Shown piece by piece: positions 35,377-48,831 of a stretch of 64,000 nt of DNA. This stretch comes from Callorhinchus milii (taxonomy: Eukaryota). Under the pieces are notes generated by a model, which searched no databases, was not told the DNA's origin, and saw nothing but the letters and a program-made list of their open reading frames with translations. Position numbers and translations under genes: made by a program. Location: NCBI RefSeq assembly GCF_018977255.1, contig NW_024704771.1, positions 3,348,001 to 3,412,000 on the forward strand. The letters run 5' to 3'. The first letter of the stretch is position 1, and each line of letters starts with the position of its first letter.

Positions 35377-38300
35377 TTATCCTTCCTCGGTGTTTCCAAT
35401 CTCTGTTCTTCCACTTGTGGCTTCAGTTTCTGTCTCAGTCATATTGATGCAACAACATTTTGAAGTAACCAACCAAGTGCATAAGGTTAGAATGAGCAGG
35501 AGTCCTCCAATGAGCTGCGAGGTGTGGGAGAAAAGACAAACAAATGTGATCATATCACAATGGTTTCCGGTCTTGTCACATTCGAAATTCCATCATCAAC
35601 AATATCCAAACCACTAAGATTTCCATGTAACAAAACTCTAATCCTTGCTCTTGTTGTAGCGCCTTATCACGTCATTGGGACGTCTCAAAGCACTTCACAG
35701 GCTATATTGCAAAGTGGGTTGACTGTGTATTTTGTGGGCCAAATGCGGCAGCCAATTTGTAGACAGCAGTGTCCCCCAAACAATCATGGAGTGCGTAACT
35801 GATTTTGATCCTCAGATTATAAAGACAAGCCGAGAAGGGTTGGTGGGGAAAGAAAGACAAAGGAGACATTTAGGTTGAGGACAAGAGAGGTGTACAACAG
35901 AGGTGTTGATGCTGCAGGACATAATCTGCTCTCTTCCGAGTTCTGACCACTAGTTCTGACAAAAGATCATCGACCATGTAATGTTATCTCACGTTCTTCT
36001 CTCTGTAGGTGCTGTCTGACCTGCTTAGTGTTCCCAACGACGTCTGTTCTTATTTCAGATTTCCAGCATCTGCAGGATTTTGCCTTTTATGAACTTTGAT
36101 ATTGTCTTCACAGTGAAATGTACAGGTAGTAACAGGTGAGCGGAGTGGGCAGATTGTCGATAGTGACAAAAAATATGAGGAGGCTGCCGGCAGGCAGTGA
36201 CATGTTGGCCGACTGCACTTACGATCATCTTTCCCTTCTGCACCCCATCCTTCCATGCCTCTACCACCCACCCCTGCCAAGCCAGGATTGTTCAGTACTT
36301 TGGGACGAATGTCCTCCCAAAGTGAAAGGCGCTGTAGAAAAGTAAATTTGTGGAATCCTTTAGTGTAGACACTGTAGACAACATTATAATGGCCAATCGT
36401 ATGGACGTATAAATGCTGCCTCCAAAAATTCTTTGACTAAAGCGAGAGCAACAGTTTATTAAAATCTTTTGTGACACTTTTCTGCACAAATCTTCCAGAA
36501 CTTCGATTGTGCTGCTGTGCACTTAGCATCAACATATACCAGTGCCTTAGCAACTGGAGATAAGATCATAATAGCCTACGAGCTGGTAAAATCAACTAAA
36601 AATGTCAAAATTTAGACAAATTTACAAAACAATCCACAAACCAATTGGAGCAAAACAAAATCTCTGGTTGAATGTCATCAAGACAGACAGAGGCTCTTCC
36701 AATTGTTTCCTATCTGTACCTTCTCACCTGAAGTTTCCAGGGTAATAATCCCTTAAAAAAATCATATAATCAATCCCCCGCTGTGTGTGGGACACTGCTG
36801 TGCACAATAGGCTGCTGCAGTCAATCCACTGTATGCTATAATCTGTGAAGCGATTTGAGATGTCTCAAGGACAAGATAAGGTGCTTTATCAATTGCAAGG
36901 ATTACAATAATTACTTGCAAGAGTCACTAAGACACGAACCTGAGGTCCCATCTGCCTGAGCAGGTGGACATTAAAGATTCCAGGTCGCTAGTGGAAAAGA
37001 GAAGGGAATGTCTCTCTTCTGGTATCCTGGCAAACAATGCCCCAAATAAAATTGGTCATAAAATTCACTTGAAGGCTCTGTGGGACATTGGCGGGTGCAA
37101 GTTGCCTGCCACGTTTTGACCACTTTACAGTTTAATCCTGTGATGCACTTCGAGGTGTCTCAATGACATAATAAGGCACTGTATCAAATTCAAGATCCTC
37201 ATCCTCACCTACAAGTCCATTCACGGCCTCGCTCCCTCCTACCTCTCTGACCTACTATCCCCCTACCTGCCTGCCCGTACCCTCCGTTCCTCTGGCTCCG
37301 GTCTGCTCCACATCCCCCGCTCCAACCGCCCTACCATCGGTGGCCGGGTCCTCAGCCTCTCAGCCCCTAGGCCCTCATTCAAGGCCGGTCTCAAGACCTC
37401 TCTCTTTGACCGTGACTTCAGCTCCTCTCTCGACTCTCTACCCCCTCCTCGCTCCCTCCCTTCCCTCCCCTCACCCTGACCATTTCCCCCACTGCTCGGG
37501 TCCTGACCCAACTGTACAGCACCTTGGTACATCCTCCCGACGTGAAAGGCACTCTATAAATGGAATCTTGTTGTTGTTGTTGTTGAAAGGATAATCATTA
37601 TAATTACTAGGAAATCCAGAGCACTAATATCTTCCACAACAGGCATCCAAATAACAAAATGATTACATTGGGGGAAACTAGTCCATAATAATAATCCTTG
37701 CATTTGATATAGCACCTTATCACATCTTGGAGATGTATCAAAGCACTTCACAGAATATACTACAAAGTGAATTGACCGTATATTTTGTGGGTGAATCTCA
37801 ACAGTCCATATCTCGAGGGCTGATCCTGTGATGTACAGTCAAATGAATTTGTATCATTTTTGCAAAACATTTTAATCTTACTCTCTAGAATTGCTTTCAT
37901 CTACACATCTAGAATTTTGCGGCAGATTACTTTGTGCTCAGAGTAACATACGACAACTTGCACTCATGCAACTCAAAATATTGAACCGTTCTGTCAGGGA
38001 GCAAGAAAGGAAAACTGATTTAGCACGAACAGATTTCAAGAGTGACTGGAGATAAGAATGGATTTTTGCCTCAGGAACGGCCAATATTTGGTGGTGCGTC
38101 AACTCATTCCTTCACAAAAGAACTGAATGAGCATCTGGTTAGGAAGATGAGTAAACAAAATTACTCACTTGCGATCCCAGCAGAACATTGACGGCTCGTC
38201 GGTCCGCAGTTTCTATCGTTTGATTAACCGACGGTTTGCATGGATTTCGACCATTGTTTTTGAGAAGCTGGTCAGTCCTGATATTCCCGGTGGAAAACAT

Positions 38301-38594
38301 GCAGATCGCATAATCACCGTCTACCAAAAGTAATGTCGCCCATATCGATGCAAGAAGAAGTGCTGTTGAAATGTGTTTCTTCGGATTATCTGAGCAGACT
38401 TTCTGTGATATCAAGTAAAAAAGGATCAGTGAAATCACAGGCACGAAAAAGAACATGAGACTGTAGAAACAATTATAATGCCCATCACACGGACATATAA
38501 ATGCTGCCTCCAAAAATTCTTTGAATAAAGTGAGACCAGTCGTTATTAAAATCTTTTCTGTGACTTTTCCTCCCACACCATTCAAAAATTCCAT
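35377..38594 (-). CDS. CALHM-like (FAM26) channel subunit, short form, about 187 aa if exon 38594-38169 splices to exon 35514-35377
   Basis: Exon 1 has FICPC, N..Y...FF..P, W..LLL.DGDY.IC, NPC and GSQ|GTGAGT (phase 0). Exon 2 follows ctcgcag: LIGGLLLILTLCTWLVTSKCCC..EEG*. The pairing is inferred; the intron contains another exon-1 relic. Confidence 0.7.
36375..36507 (-). pseudogene. CALHM-like exon 1 relic (start ATG changed to ATC, frameshift, 3' deletion)
   Basis: Nucleotide match to 38594-38465 (ataaatgctgcctccaaaaattctttga, ttataatg); truncated near 36370. Confidence 0.75.
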
Positions 38595-38669
38595 CGTGCC
38601 GCTGTGCATTTGGCATCAACACATATCAGTGCTTTAGCAACTGGGCATAAGACCACAATAGCACACGCT

Positions 38670-39433
38670 AAACTCCAACTGAATGGCAACAAGACCGAGG
38701 CCCTCCTGATAGGTTCGCGCCAGCGCCTCCGCAACTCAACCTCACTCAGCCAGTCAGGAACCCGGGCGTCTTGTTTGAGGCTTTCTCCACCACATCCGCG
38801 CCGTGACTGGCACTGCCTACCACCACCTCCGCAACATTGACAGACTCCGCCACTGCCTCGCCCCTCAGGCTGCCCAAACCCCCCGTGTACTCGTGCACAC
38901 GGGGGGTTTGGGCAGCCTGCTCGTGTACTCTCGCGCACCGGGCTCCGTGACCCCATCACTCGCACCCTCGCCCGACTCCACTGGCTCCCCATCCCCCAGA
39001 GGATCGAGTTCAAGATCCTCGTCCTCACCTTTAAGGCCATCCGTGGCCTCGCCCCCTCCTCCCTCTCTGACCTGCTGACTCCCTACGAGCCTGCCCGCTC
39101 CCTCCGTTCATCAGGCTCCGGTCTGCTCCATATCTCCTGCCCGACCCGCCCTACCATCGGTCACCGGGCTTTCAGCCTCTCTGCCCCCACACTCTGCAAC
39201 TCCATTCCACAGTCCCTTTGCCTCGCTTCCTCCTTTGCCTCCTTCAAGGCCGGTCTCAAGATACTCCTCTTCGATCGTGCCTTTGGTCTGCTTCCTACCT
39301 CTCTGCCTTCCCTCACCCTACACCACCCCTTCCCCCCAATGCTCGGGTCCTGACCCCTGACTGTCCAGCGCCTTGGGACGTCCTCCCGACATGAAAGGCG
39401 CTCTATAAATGCAAAATTGTTGTTGTTGTTGTT
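38670..39433 (+). mobile_element. L2 LINE 3' fragment inserted just upstream of CALHM-like exon 1
   Basis: Encodes LQLNGNKTEALLIGSRQRL and LHWLP-region motifs; (ttg)n tail; the paralogous site near 36570 is uninterrupted. Confidence 0.85.
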
Positions 39434-39518
39434 GCCTACAAGCTGATAAAATCAACCAAAAATGTCAAAACTTAGAAGGCAAATTTAAAAAAAAACAATA
39501 CGCAAACCAATTGGAGCA

Positions 39519-42030
39519 TGGTCGGATTTCCAATCCTGCATTCGTGTCGAATGACCAGACAATATTAAGTTTGTGGCTCACTTAGTTTATTCAAAAGATT
39601 CAGTACATAATAGAGAAAATACATAAAACGTATACTACCGTTGCCGGAGCAGTCAATGTGCTTTGGCCCTAAATCTTTATGTGCCTGGTTCCCTGGCAAG
39701 TCTACCGCCCTTTCAACTTTATACCTTTCTTATCTTATCCGTGACATGTTTCAAACCTCTTTGGTCATCCAATCAATGATCGGGTACGTAGACCACATAG
39801 GCCTTTTGTAAATAGGGGCCAAGGCTTGAGCAGCTTTCGTCAGGAACTGTGCGGTATTATCTATAAAAACAACTCGTACATCCTGTATATCCTGTTATCA
39901 GTGTGAGACAACAGGTACTTTTCACTCACACAAGGCCAGCGGTTAAACTCACTTCAGCACTTTATTTTTAACCACATCCTCGTATCTGAGAAAAACAACT
40001 TAAATCTGTAACAGATGATTCTTGATTGTGTAAGCCAGCTCAACAATTTAACAGATCTGCCTTGAAATCTTTCACTACGCATATCATATTCTAACAGCCC
40101 CACATTGAGAGTGAGAAAATAAGATTTTCGATACTCTCATTTTACATATGATTTATTGACTAGTCAGATTGCACCCGTGTGGCCCTCAATAGGAGCACAC
40201 ATGACGTAAAGGCACAATCATTGTAAATAAAATCATGGCGTCAACACGAACAACTCGGAGCAGTGAGCGTCCATTTGTTCACGCAAACCAGAGCGCGAGC
40301 GGGCAGTGAATTTAAACTGCTCACAGTCAGTGGCTACAGTCTGCGATGTTTAAAGTTGCTGCGCTGCACCGATTTCTTTTCTCTTGTGTTTCTTCAATGA
40401 ACCCACCCTACTCTCTCCCTCGACTCTCGTTATAATCTCTTTATTTGAGGGAACACCTCTTCATCCTTCTCACGTTTAATTCCATCGATTTATTTTCTTG
40501 CTTCATCTGGTTCTGAGTTAAACTTCTCAGATTCCTGTCCCAACATCTCTCTTTTACATTTCAGTTGTTCCTCCAACTGCAGCACCTTTTTGTGACGCTG
40601 TGTATGTGACACAGGATCATACGGCCAGAGCTGCCTGTGGTTTTACAGTCGATTTTAAGGGTAAGGAACGGGAGGTTTTACTGATTTGAGGACCACCTCC
40701 AGTCGCCTCCTGGAGGGTTAATAATGCAATCAATTATCCAATTTTTGATCCGTGGGTGACATAGAGTGAATATGGGGCAATTTGCAATTTGTTGAGCCCC
40801 TGGTTGCGGTCTCTCTGCTGGAGGAGCGGTTGGAGTTTACTTTGGCCGCTTGTCAGGTGGACCCTCCCCCGGTAACCTGTTTTGCGGTCAGTAAGGCTAC
40901 TAACTTTTCTAGTGTATCTTGCATTAGCTCGGGGGGTGGGGGGTGGGGGTTGGGGCCTGGCTGGGTTTGATCAGGGCGTTCCGGAGCCCAACGGCCATCT
41001 CTGCCAGAGTGGGATCAGGACATGTCGTTGGTATCCCGTCCGGCTCCTCCGTGTCGGAACCCAATCCCGTTCCCACGACCGCTTCCGCGGCCTCGGCCGG
41101 ATCCTCCCTGACCTCGTCGCCAATTTGGGTACAAGTTATGGGGACCTTCGACCTCACAAACCTCCTTCTTTATCTTTTGTTCACTTATCTTAACCTGTTT
41201 ATCGGCCTGGCAGAACTTTATTCATCAACTCTGCCCGAGGGGTGGAGGTGGAGACCGACAGGTCCAAAGCCGTGTTTTAGTTTTCTCGCTCAATTTATCC
41301 AGAAAGGTGCTGGGAAGCCCTGCGATGGTTCACGCCCTGAGCTGCATTGGGTTGTGATCAATCGGTAGAGGCTTGACTCAAACATCCCAATGGGTTCACC
41401 TTTATTCGGGCACACAGATAAACCTGGTCCATTACGTTCAGGTTATTCAGCCCCAGGATGTCATTAAACATTGCGTCCTTTGTGGCATTCGGTTGTTTAG
41501 ACGCTGCCTGTAGCTGCCACTTTACATTCAGGTTAATAAAACCCTCTTAAAATCATCATCAGATCACTCCGTATGAGAAGTTACGTAGTTATCCCAAGTA
41601 TTGTGCAATTCTAATGGACTGCAGCCGTCAGTAATCATAGCCATCTCTTGTACCAACACCTGACCCTCCCCATGATGAATGGGCTGCTCCTCTGTGTGTT
41701 CGCTAGTTATAGCGTCCGCTGGATTTCGCCATAGTTTTGGGTTACTACCTCCACTTGTTGTGGTGCATATCCCATGGCGGACTCCCAGTCCCCATCCAGC
41801 GAGTCCTCTTGAAAATGAGCAGCCTCGTCAATCGGATCATCCCCATTCACATCATCACCATCATCATCATCATCATCATTATTAGCGCCCGTGATATGTT
41901 TCATGGTCCTGGTCAACTTAAACAAAAAGCTGAATACGAAACTAACTTTATTCAATCTAAACGATACAGTTAAATGTCTTAAAAGTTTGATACTAAATTG
42001 ATTACATGTAAAAACCTATATTTTCTAACA
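39519..42030 (-). mobile_element. Defective LTR/ERV-like element
   Basis: The empty site ttggagcaaaacaaaa at 36645-36660 is split here (ttggagca | gcaaaacaaaa). A 3' LTR at 40096-39519 reads tgttaga...ggaaatccgacca on the minus strand, with AATAAA and a short G-rich tract before it. The other end also starts tgttaga at 42030. Internal 40275-40725 is homologous to 30365-31320. Confidence 0.7.
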
Positions 42031-42859
42031 GCAAAACAAAATCTCCCGTTGAAAATCATCAAGACAGAGGCTCCTCCACTTGCCTCCCATCAGCATTTCT
42101 GGCGTAATAATCCCTTCAAAAAATTATTTAATAATTTGGTCACTCAATACACCACTGTTTGTGGACACCGCTGAGCACAATTGGCTGCCGTGTTTCGCCC
42201 ACAAAATACAGTCAATCCCCTGTACGATATATTCTGTGAAGCACTTTGAGATGTTTCTAAGAAAAGATAAGGCGTGATATCAATTGCAAGGATTTTGAAT
42301 TTTTTGATTGATACTGTAACTACTCTTGTTTTGCCCACAAAATATACAGTCATTTCACTTTACATTATATCTGTGAAGCGCTTTGAGATGTCTCAACGAC
42401 GTGATAAGGTGCTTTATCAATTGCAAGGATTACAATAGTTACTTGCAAGAGTAACTAAGACATGAACCTGAGGTCCCATCTGCCTGATCAGGTGGACATT
42501 AAAGAGTCCAGGTCGCTAGTGGAAAAGAGAAGGGAATTTTTCTCTTCTGGTGTCCTGGCAAACAATGTCAAATAAAATTGGTCTTAAAATTCACTTGATG
42601 GCTCTGTGGGACATTGGCGGGTGCAAGTTGCCTGCCACGTTTTGACCACTTTACAGTTTAATCCTGTGATGCACTTCGAGGTGTCTCAATGACATGATAA
42701 GCACTGTATCAAATGAAAGGATAATTATTATTATTACAAGGAAATCCAGAGCACTAATATCTTCCACAACAGGCATCCAAATAACAAAAGGTTTACATTG
42801 GGGGAAACTAGTCCATTATAACAATCCTTGCATTTGATATAGCACCTCATCAAAATCGA

Positions 42860-43895
42860 GGGGATACGTTCAGCCACCTCTACACTGTCCACAGTCACCC
42901 CCACATCACCTCTCCCTCATAACACCCCCCACCCCCACACCACCCAATCCCCCCCTGTACTCCTTCGACCCTATCTCTCCCTCCTCCCTCTCTGCAGCTG
43001 TTCGCAAACTCAAACCCACCACCTGCTCCCTCGATCCCATCCCCACCTCTCTCCTCATCTCCCAGCTCCACCTTCTCCACCTGCCCTTGTCTGGTTCGAT
43101 TCCTGTCTCTCTCACCATCTCCACTTTGTTGCCTCTAATGGTTTCTCCTCCAGCCCCCGCACTGTCACATTTGGCGTCCCCCAGGGCTCTGTCCTTGGCC
43201 CTCTCCTCTTTAATATCTACATGCTCCCCCTCGGTGACATCATCCGCAGACATGGGGTCAACTTCCACATGTATGCGGATGACACCCAACTCTATCTTTC
43301 TGCCTCCACCCTCAACTCCAGGACCACTGCTGTCCTGACAGACTGCGGTCGGACATCAAGTCCTGGATGAGGGCAAATTTCCTACAGTTGAATGTGAACA
43401 AGACTGAGGCCCTCCTGATCGGCTCACGCCAGCGCCTCAGCACCTCAGGCTCTGGCAGCATCACCCTCCATGGTTGCTCACCACAACTCACCAGCCATCA
43501 GGAAACCGGGTGTCTTGTTCGACCCTCAACTGTCTTTTCTTCCCCACATTCAAGCCATGACCCACTCTGCCTTCCCTCACCTCCGTAACATCGCCCGACT
43601 CCGCCACTACCTCACCCCTCAGGCCGCTGAAACTCTTGTTCGTGCCTTCATCACCTCCAGGCTCGACTATGCAAGTCCATTCCCCAATCACTCCGCCTCA
43701 CCCCCTCCTTAGCCTCCTTTAATTATCCCCTCAAAACCCTCCTCTTCAACCATGCCATCGGTCACCCCGCTTCCCCTCCCCTCCCTTCTCCCACCTGACC
43801 CCAACTCGGGTCTGAATGCTGTACACTGTCCGGCGCCTTGGGACGTTCTCCCGACATGAAAGGCGCTATGCAAATGTAATCTTGTCGTTGCTGTT
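42860..43895 (+). mobile_element. L2 LINE fragment with internal deletions
   Basis: Encodes [29 protein letters not shown] and NFLQLNVNKTE. Confidence 0.88.
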
Positions 43896-44362
43896 ATCAC
43901 ATCTTCGAGATGACTCAAAGCGCTTCACAGAATATACTGCAAAGTGATTTAACTGTATGTTTTGTCAGTGAATCTGATTTCAACCCATCCAGCAAAGCTA
44001 CTGTTAACTACGATAGTCATCAAATCAAACAAACCTGATTAAAGGTAGGTTACATTCCAAACATATATAAAGATTAATTAAAACCTTACCTCAAATATAA
44101 TCTAACACCAGTGCTTTAGCAACTGGAGATAAGCAAAAGGAACCAATACAATTGTGGGGAATTGGCACAGTGCTCAGGGTGCTGCTGGGCCACAGCTTGG
44201 AGGCCTGAGAGCGAGTCTGTCACCCACCCTGAGGAGAAGCTCAGCCACACGACCTCACCCTGTGCACCAGAGCCCACACACCCCACCCACCACCCCCCAC
44301 CCCCCGAGCCCACACACCCCCCCCCACCACCACCCCACCCTGACACTGTGCCCCCAGCAGCT

Positions 44363-46501
44363 TTATTCCTCTTCTCCTTCATCACTCATTCGCTCAGCTA
44401 GGGGCCGGGTGGGGGCCGGGCTGGGGGCTGGGCTCGGGTCTGGGCTGGGGCCCATGGGTGCCACGCTTTGGGATGACTGATAACTAGGTTGTGCGTTCGA
44501 AAATAGTAACAGTGGCATTTTTTCCGCATCTTGTGGCTCCATTTCCCGATTGCTGCCAGTGTCTTCTCTCCCAGTTTGCACTGTCGCGGTGTTTCCATTC
44601 TCTGTTCCTCCGACTGTGGTTTCACTTTCAGTCTCAGTCACTTTGTAAATAAAAATGAAACAAATTCCCAAGGTCACAATAAGCAGGAGTCCTCCACAGA
44701 GCTGCGAAATGTGGGAGAAAAGACAAAGAAATTATTTCTGGTCTTGTCACATTTGAAATCCCATCATCAAGAATATCCAAACCAAACTACTTAGATTTTC
44801 ACATAATAAAACCATAATCCTTGCATTTGATATAGCGCCTAATCACATCATTGAGACGTCTTTTCACAGGCTATATTGCAAAGTGGGTTGACTGTGTATT
44901 TTGTGGGCCAAATGCGGCAGCCAATTTGTAGACAGCAGTGTCCCCCAAACAATCATGGAGTGCGTAACTGATTTTGATCCTCAGATTATAAAGACAAGCC
45001 GAGAAGGGTTGGTGGGGAAAGAAAGACAAAGGAGACATTTAGGTTGAGGACAAGAGATGTTGATGCTGCAGGACATAATCTGCTCTCTTCCAACATCCAC
45101 TAGTTCTGACAAAAGATCATCGACCATGTAATGTTATCTCACGTTCTTCTCTCTATAGATGCTGCCTGACCTGCTCAGTGTTCCCAACGATGTCTGTTCT
45201 TATTTCAGATTTCCAGCATCTGCAGGATTTTGCCTTTTATGAACTTTGATATTGTCTTCACAGGGAAATGTACAGGTAGTAACAGGTGAGCGGAGTGGGC
45301 AGATTGTCAATAGTGACAAAAAAAATGAGGAGGCTGCCGGCAGGCAGTGACATGTTGGCCGACTGCACTTACGATCATCTTTCCCTTCTGCACCCCATCC
45401 TTCCATGCCTCAACCACCCCCAGGTTGGTGCCAAGCCAGGATTGTTCAGTGCTTTGGGACGAATGTCCTCCCAAAGTGAAAGGCACTGTAGAAAAGCAAA
45501 TTTGTGGAGTCCTTTAGTGTAACGCTTAGCGCACTTGCTTTGATTCCTGGGATCTGGGTTCTATTCCTAGACAGGGTGAAATGCTAGACAAGTTTCCTTA
45601 CTCTATACATGTGTGTTTGCCTAGCAGCAAATAGGAATCCGGTTGTTAGTCGATTGGCAGATCACTTTTCCGGGGATAATAGTCCCTTAAAAAAATTCTT
45701 TAAAAAAATGAAGAAATGGGGTCATTAAATCCACGGATGTTTGTGGGACGCTGCTGTGTGCAATTGGCTAACAATTGTGGAATTGTGGGCATTTTGCCCA
45801 CAAAATATACAGTCATTTCACTTTACAGTATATCCTGCGAAGCACTTTGAGACCGGCACTCATACAGCTCAAAGTATAACAGTTGTGTCAGGGAGTAAGA
45901 AAGGAAAACTGATTTAACGTGAACAGATTTCAAGAGTGACTGGAGATAAGAATAAAATTTTCCTTAAGGAACGGGCAATACTTGCTGGTGTGTCAACTCA
46001 TTCCTTCGCTAAAACTACTGGCTGAGTATCTGGTTAGGTAATGTAAAGAACATTACTCACTTGCGATCCCAGCAGGGCATTGACGGCTCGTCGGTCTGTC
46101 GTTTCTATAGTTTGATTAGCCGGTGGTTTGCACGGATTTCGACCGTCGTTTTTGAGAGGCTGGTCAGTCCTGATCGTCCCGGTGGAAAACATACAAATCA
46201 CATAATCACCGTCTAGCAAAAGTAAAGTTGTCCATGTCAATACAAGGAGAGCTGTGGTGAAAATCTTTTTCTTGGAATATTCTTTTGGTGATGGGAGAAA
46301 AGAGATGATGATCAGTGAAATGGCAGGAAAGACAAAGAACGAGACACCGTAGGCAACATTAAATTGCTGATCACATGGACATATAAATCCTGTTTCTAGT
46401 ATTGCTTTCAATAAAGTTAGAGCTAAGGTTATGAAAACACTTTTTAGAATTTTCTTGTTCTGATGTGTTACGGTACCAAGAATTATATCCTTAATTTCCA
46501 T
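44363..46501 (-). CDS. CALHM-like (FAM26) channel subunit, 259 aa, intact two-exon ORF
   Basis: Exon 1 46501-46061 (MEIKD..FICPCDQQFNVAYGVSFFVFP..WTTLLLLDGDYVICM..NPCK..GSQ|GTGAGT); exon 2 44701-44363 (LCGGLLLIVTLGICFIFIYK plus an acidic/Pro-rich tail). The two-exon layout with the junction after SQ and four extracellular Cys are CALHM hallmarks. Confidence 0.82.
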
Positions 46502-48831
46502 GTGCTGCTGTGCACTTCGTTCAACATGAACCAGTGTTGATAGCAACTGGGGGTAAGATCATAATAACACTCACAAACTCCTCCCAACAAGCTGATAAAA
46601 TCAACCAAGAGATTTAGAAATATTTATAAAGAATGTACGGCACCAGTCTCAACCTATTCCTCCCTCCCTCCCATACCTGTAGTGCAGTGGTTAGAACAAG
46701 CGAGAGGACCGATTCCTGGGTATGGCAAAACCTTGGCCAACCTTCCTGACTCCACACATCTCTGTTTACCAAGCAGCAACAGCAACACTTTGCATTTATA
46801 CAGTGTATTCATTTAAATTTATATTTAACGTGTTATTGAGACATCTCAAATCACTTCTCAGTTGTGGATTGAGTGACCAATTTATTATATTGGTTAGTTA
46901 TTTTGATCCTGTTTGCGTCCGTTCAGATGGACACTAAAGAGCCCTCAACTCCATGGTTGGATGACTGTGTCCAGTTCCGAGCTTCCCCATTACAGGAAGG
47001 GTGTAGAAGCGCCGGAAAAAGTGCAGCGGGGATTGACTGGGTTGTTGCGGAGGGGAGAGGGGGTCTCGGATGTGAAGAAAAGACTCGAGAAGTTGTGGCT
47101 TGTTCTCCCTGAGCAGCCTGACAGATGATCATAGTTAACGTCTCCTCCGGAAGCGGAAAGATAAATACATTTTTAAGCTCTCCCGAAATTTGACTGTGAA
47201 CAACTTCTCGAAAGCAACACCTAAAGTTGCGAGCCGGCAGGGTAACAGGTGGAGAAGGTGATCAGGCGAACTGTGTGTGGGTTGACCCAGTTGACATCTC
47301 TTGAGGTGGAAGGTTGTGCGTTCAAGCGCAACCCCCCCCCCCCCCCCAAGACGCTTGAACTGACACAGGCTGATTACTCCAATACAGTGATGGAGATGTG
47401 TTACCTTCTCAGAGTTGCGAGCCTTCCGATGAGATGCTCAACCGAGATCCCGCCTGTGCACAACGACGACAGCAAGATTACATTTGTAAAGCACGTTTAC
47501 ATGTGCTTTGCAAATGTCGGGAGGACATCCCAAGGCGCTGGACAGCGTACAGCATTTCAGCCCCTATAATAGCCCTGGAACCCCATCAAATCCTTGAGAG
47601 GCTGAAGGCCCGGCCACCGATGGTAGGGCGGTTGGGGCGGGGGATGTGGAGCAGACCGGAGCCAGAGGAATGCAGGGTACGGGCAGGTAAGTAGGGGGAT
47701 AGTAGGTCGGAGAGGTAGGAGGGAGCGAGGCCGTGAATGGCCTTGTAGGTGAGGATGAGGATCTTGAAATCGATCCTCTGGGGGATGGGGAGCACGTTGA
47801 GCTGAAGAAAGTTGTCTCTCGTCCAGGACTCGAGATCCCGCCTGTGTACAACGACGACAGCAAGATTACATTGGTAAAGCAGCTCTCACGTCGGGAGGAC
47901 GTCCCAAGGCGCTGGACAGTGTACAGCATTTCAGACCCGAGCCCGGGTCAGGAGAGGGGAGGGATTTGATAAATTTAATATGTTTAATGTGTATATTCAG
48001 GACATTAAAGATCCCTCAGTGTATCCGCACCTCAATTGGAGTGACCTGGTCCTCGCCTTCAAAGCCCTCCACCACAACACCACCACCACCAATAATAACT
48101 TGCACTTATATAGCGCCCTCCACACAGGGTACCATCTCCAAGTGCTTGATAGTGGCGAAGCCTGACTCCGAGCCGGGGGTGGACTGGGGTCAGGGAGAGG
48201 TGGCCGTCAGCACGATCGAACAGGAAGGTTTTCGGGCAGGACGTGAAAAATGGGGGAGATGGGACAAGGCCGGATCGAGTGAGAGTGGTCCGGAGTTTCA
48301 GGGCATAGTGGCCGAAAGCGCGACCTTCAAGTGTGGGGCGGAGGGTGCGATGGGGCGAGCAAGAGGCCGGTCGGTGCCAGTCGAGCGGAGATGGCGGGTG
48401 GAGGATTGGGGAGTGAGGAGGTCTGAGGGTAGGGTGGTGCCAAAGAGTGAAAGGATTTGGGCACGGACTTGCTCCTCCCTACATCTGCGCTGTCCAAACC
48501 CGTTACCAACCTGTCCACTCCCTCTGCTCAGCGCGCTCCAGCCTGCTTCACGTCCCCCACCTTGCCCACCCCACCATTGGCAGGAGGGCGTTCAACCTCT
48601 CTGCCCCACCCTGTGGAACTCCAGCCCACAGTCCCTCCACCTCACCCTCTCTTGCCTCCTTCAAGTCCCGTCTCAAGACCCTCCTCTTCGACTGTGCCTT
48701 CGGTCACCCTCCTACCCCCATTCTCCCTGCCCTCAATCCTCCCTGATCCCAACCACCAGCTCGGGTGCAGATCCCTGACTGTTCAGGGCCTTGTGACGTC
48801 CTCCTGACCTGAATGGCGCCGTGTAAATGTC

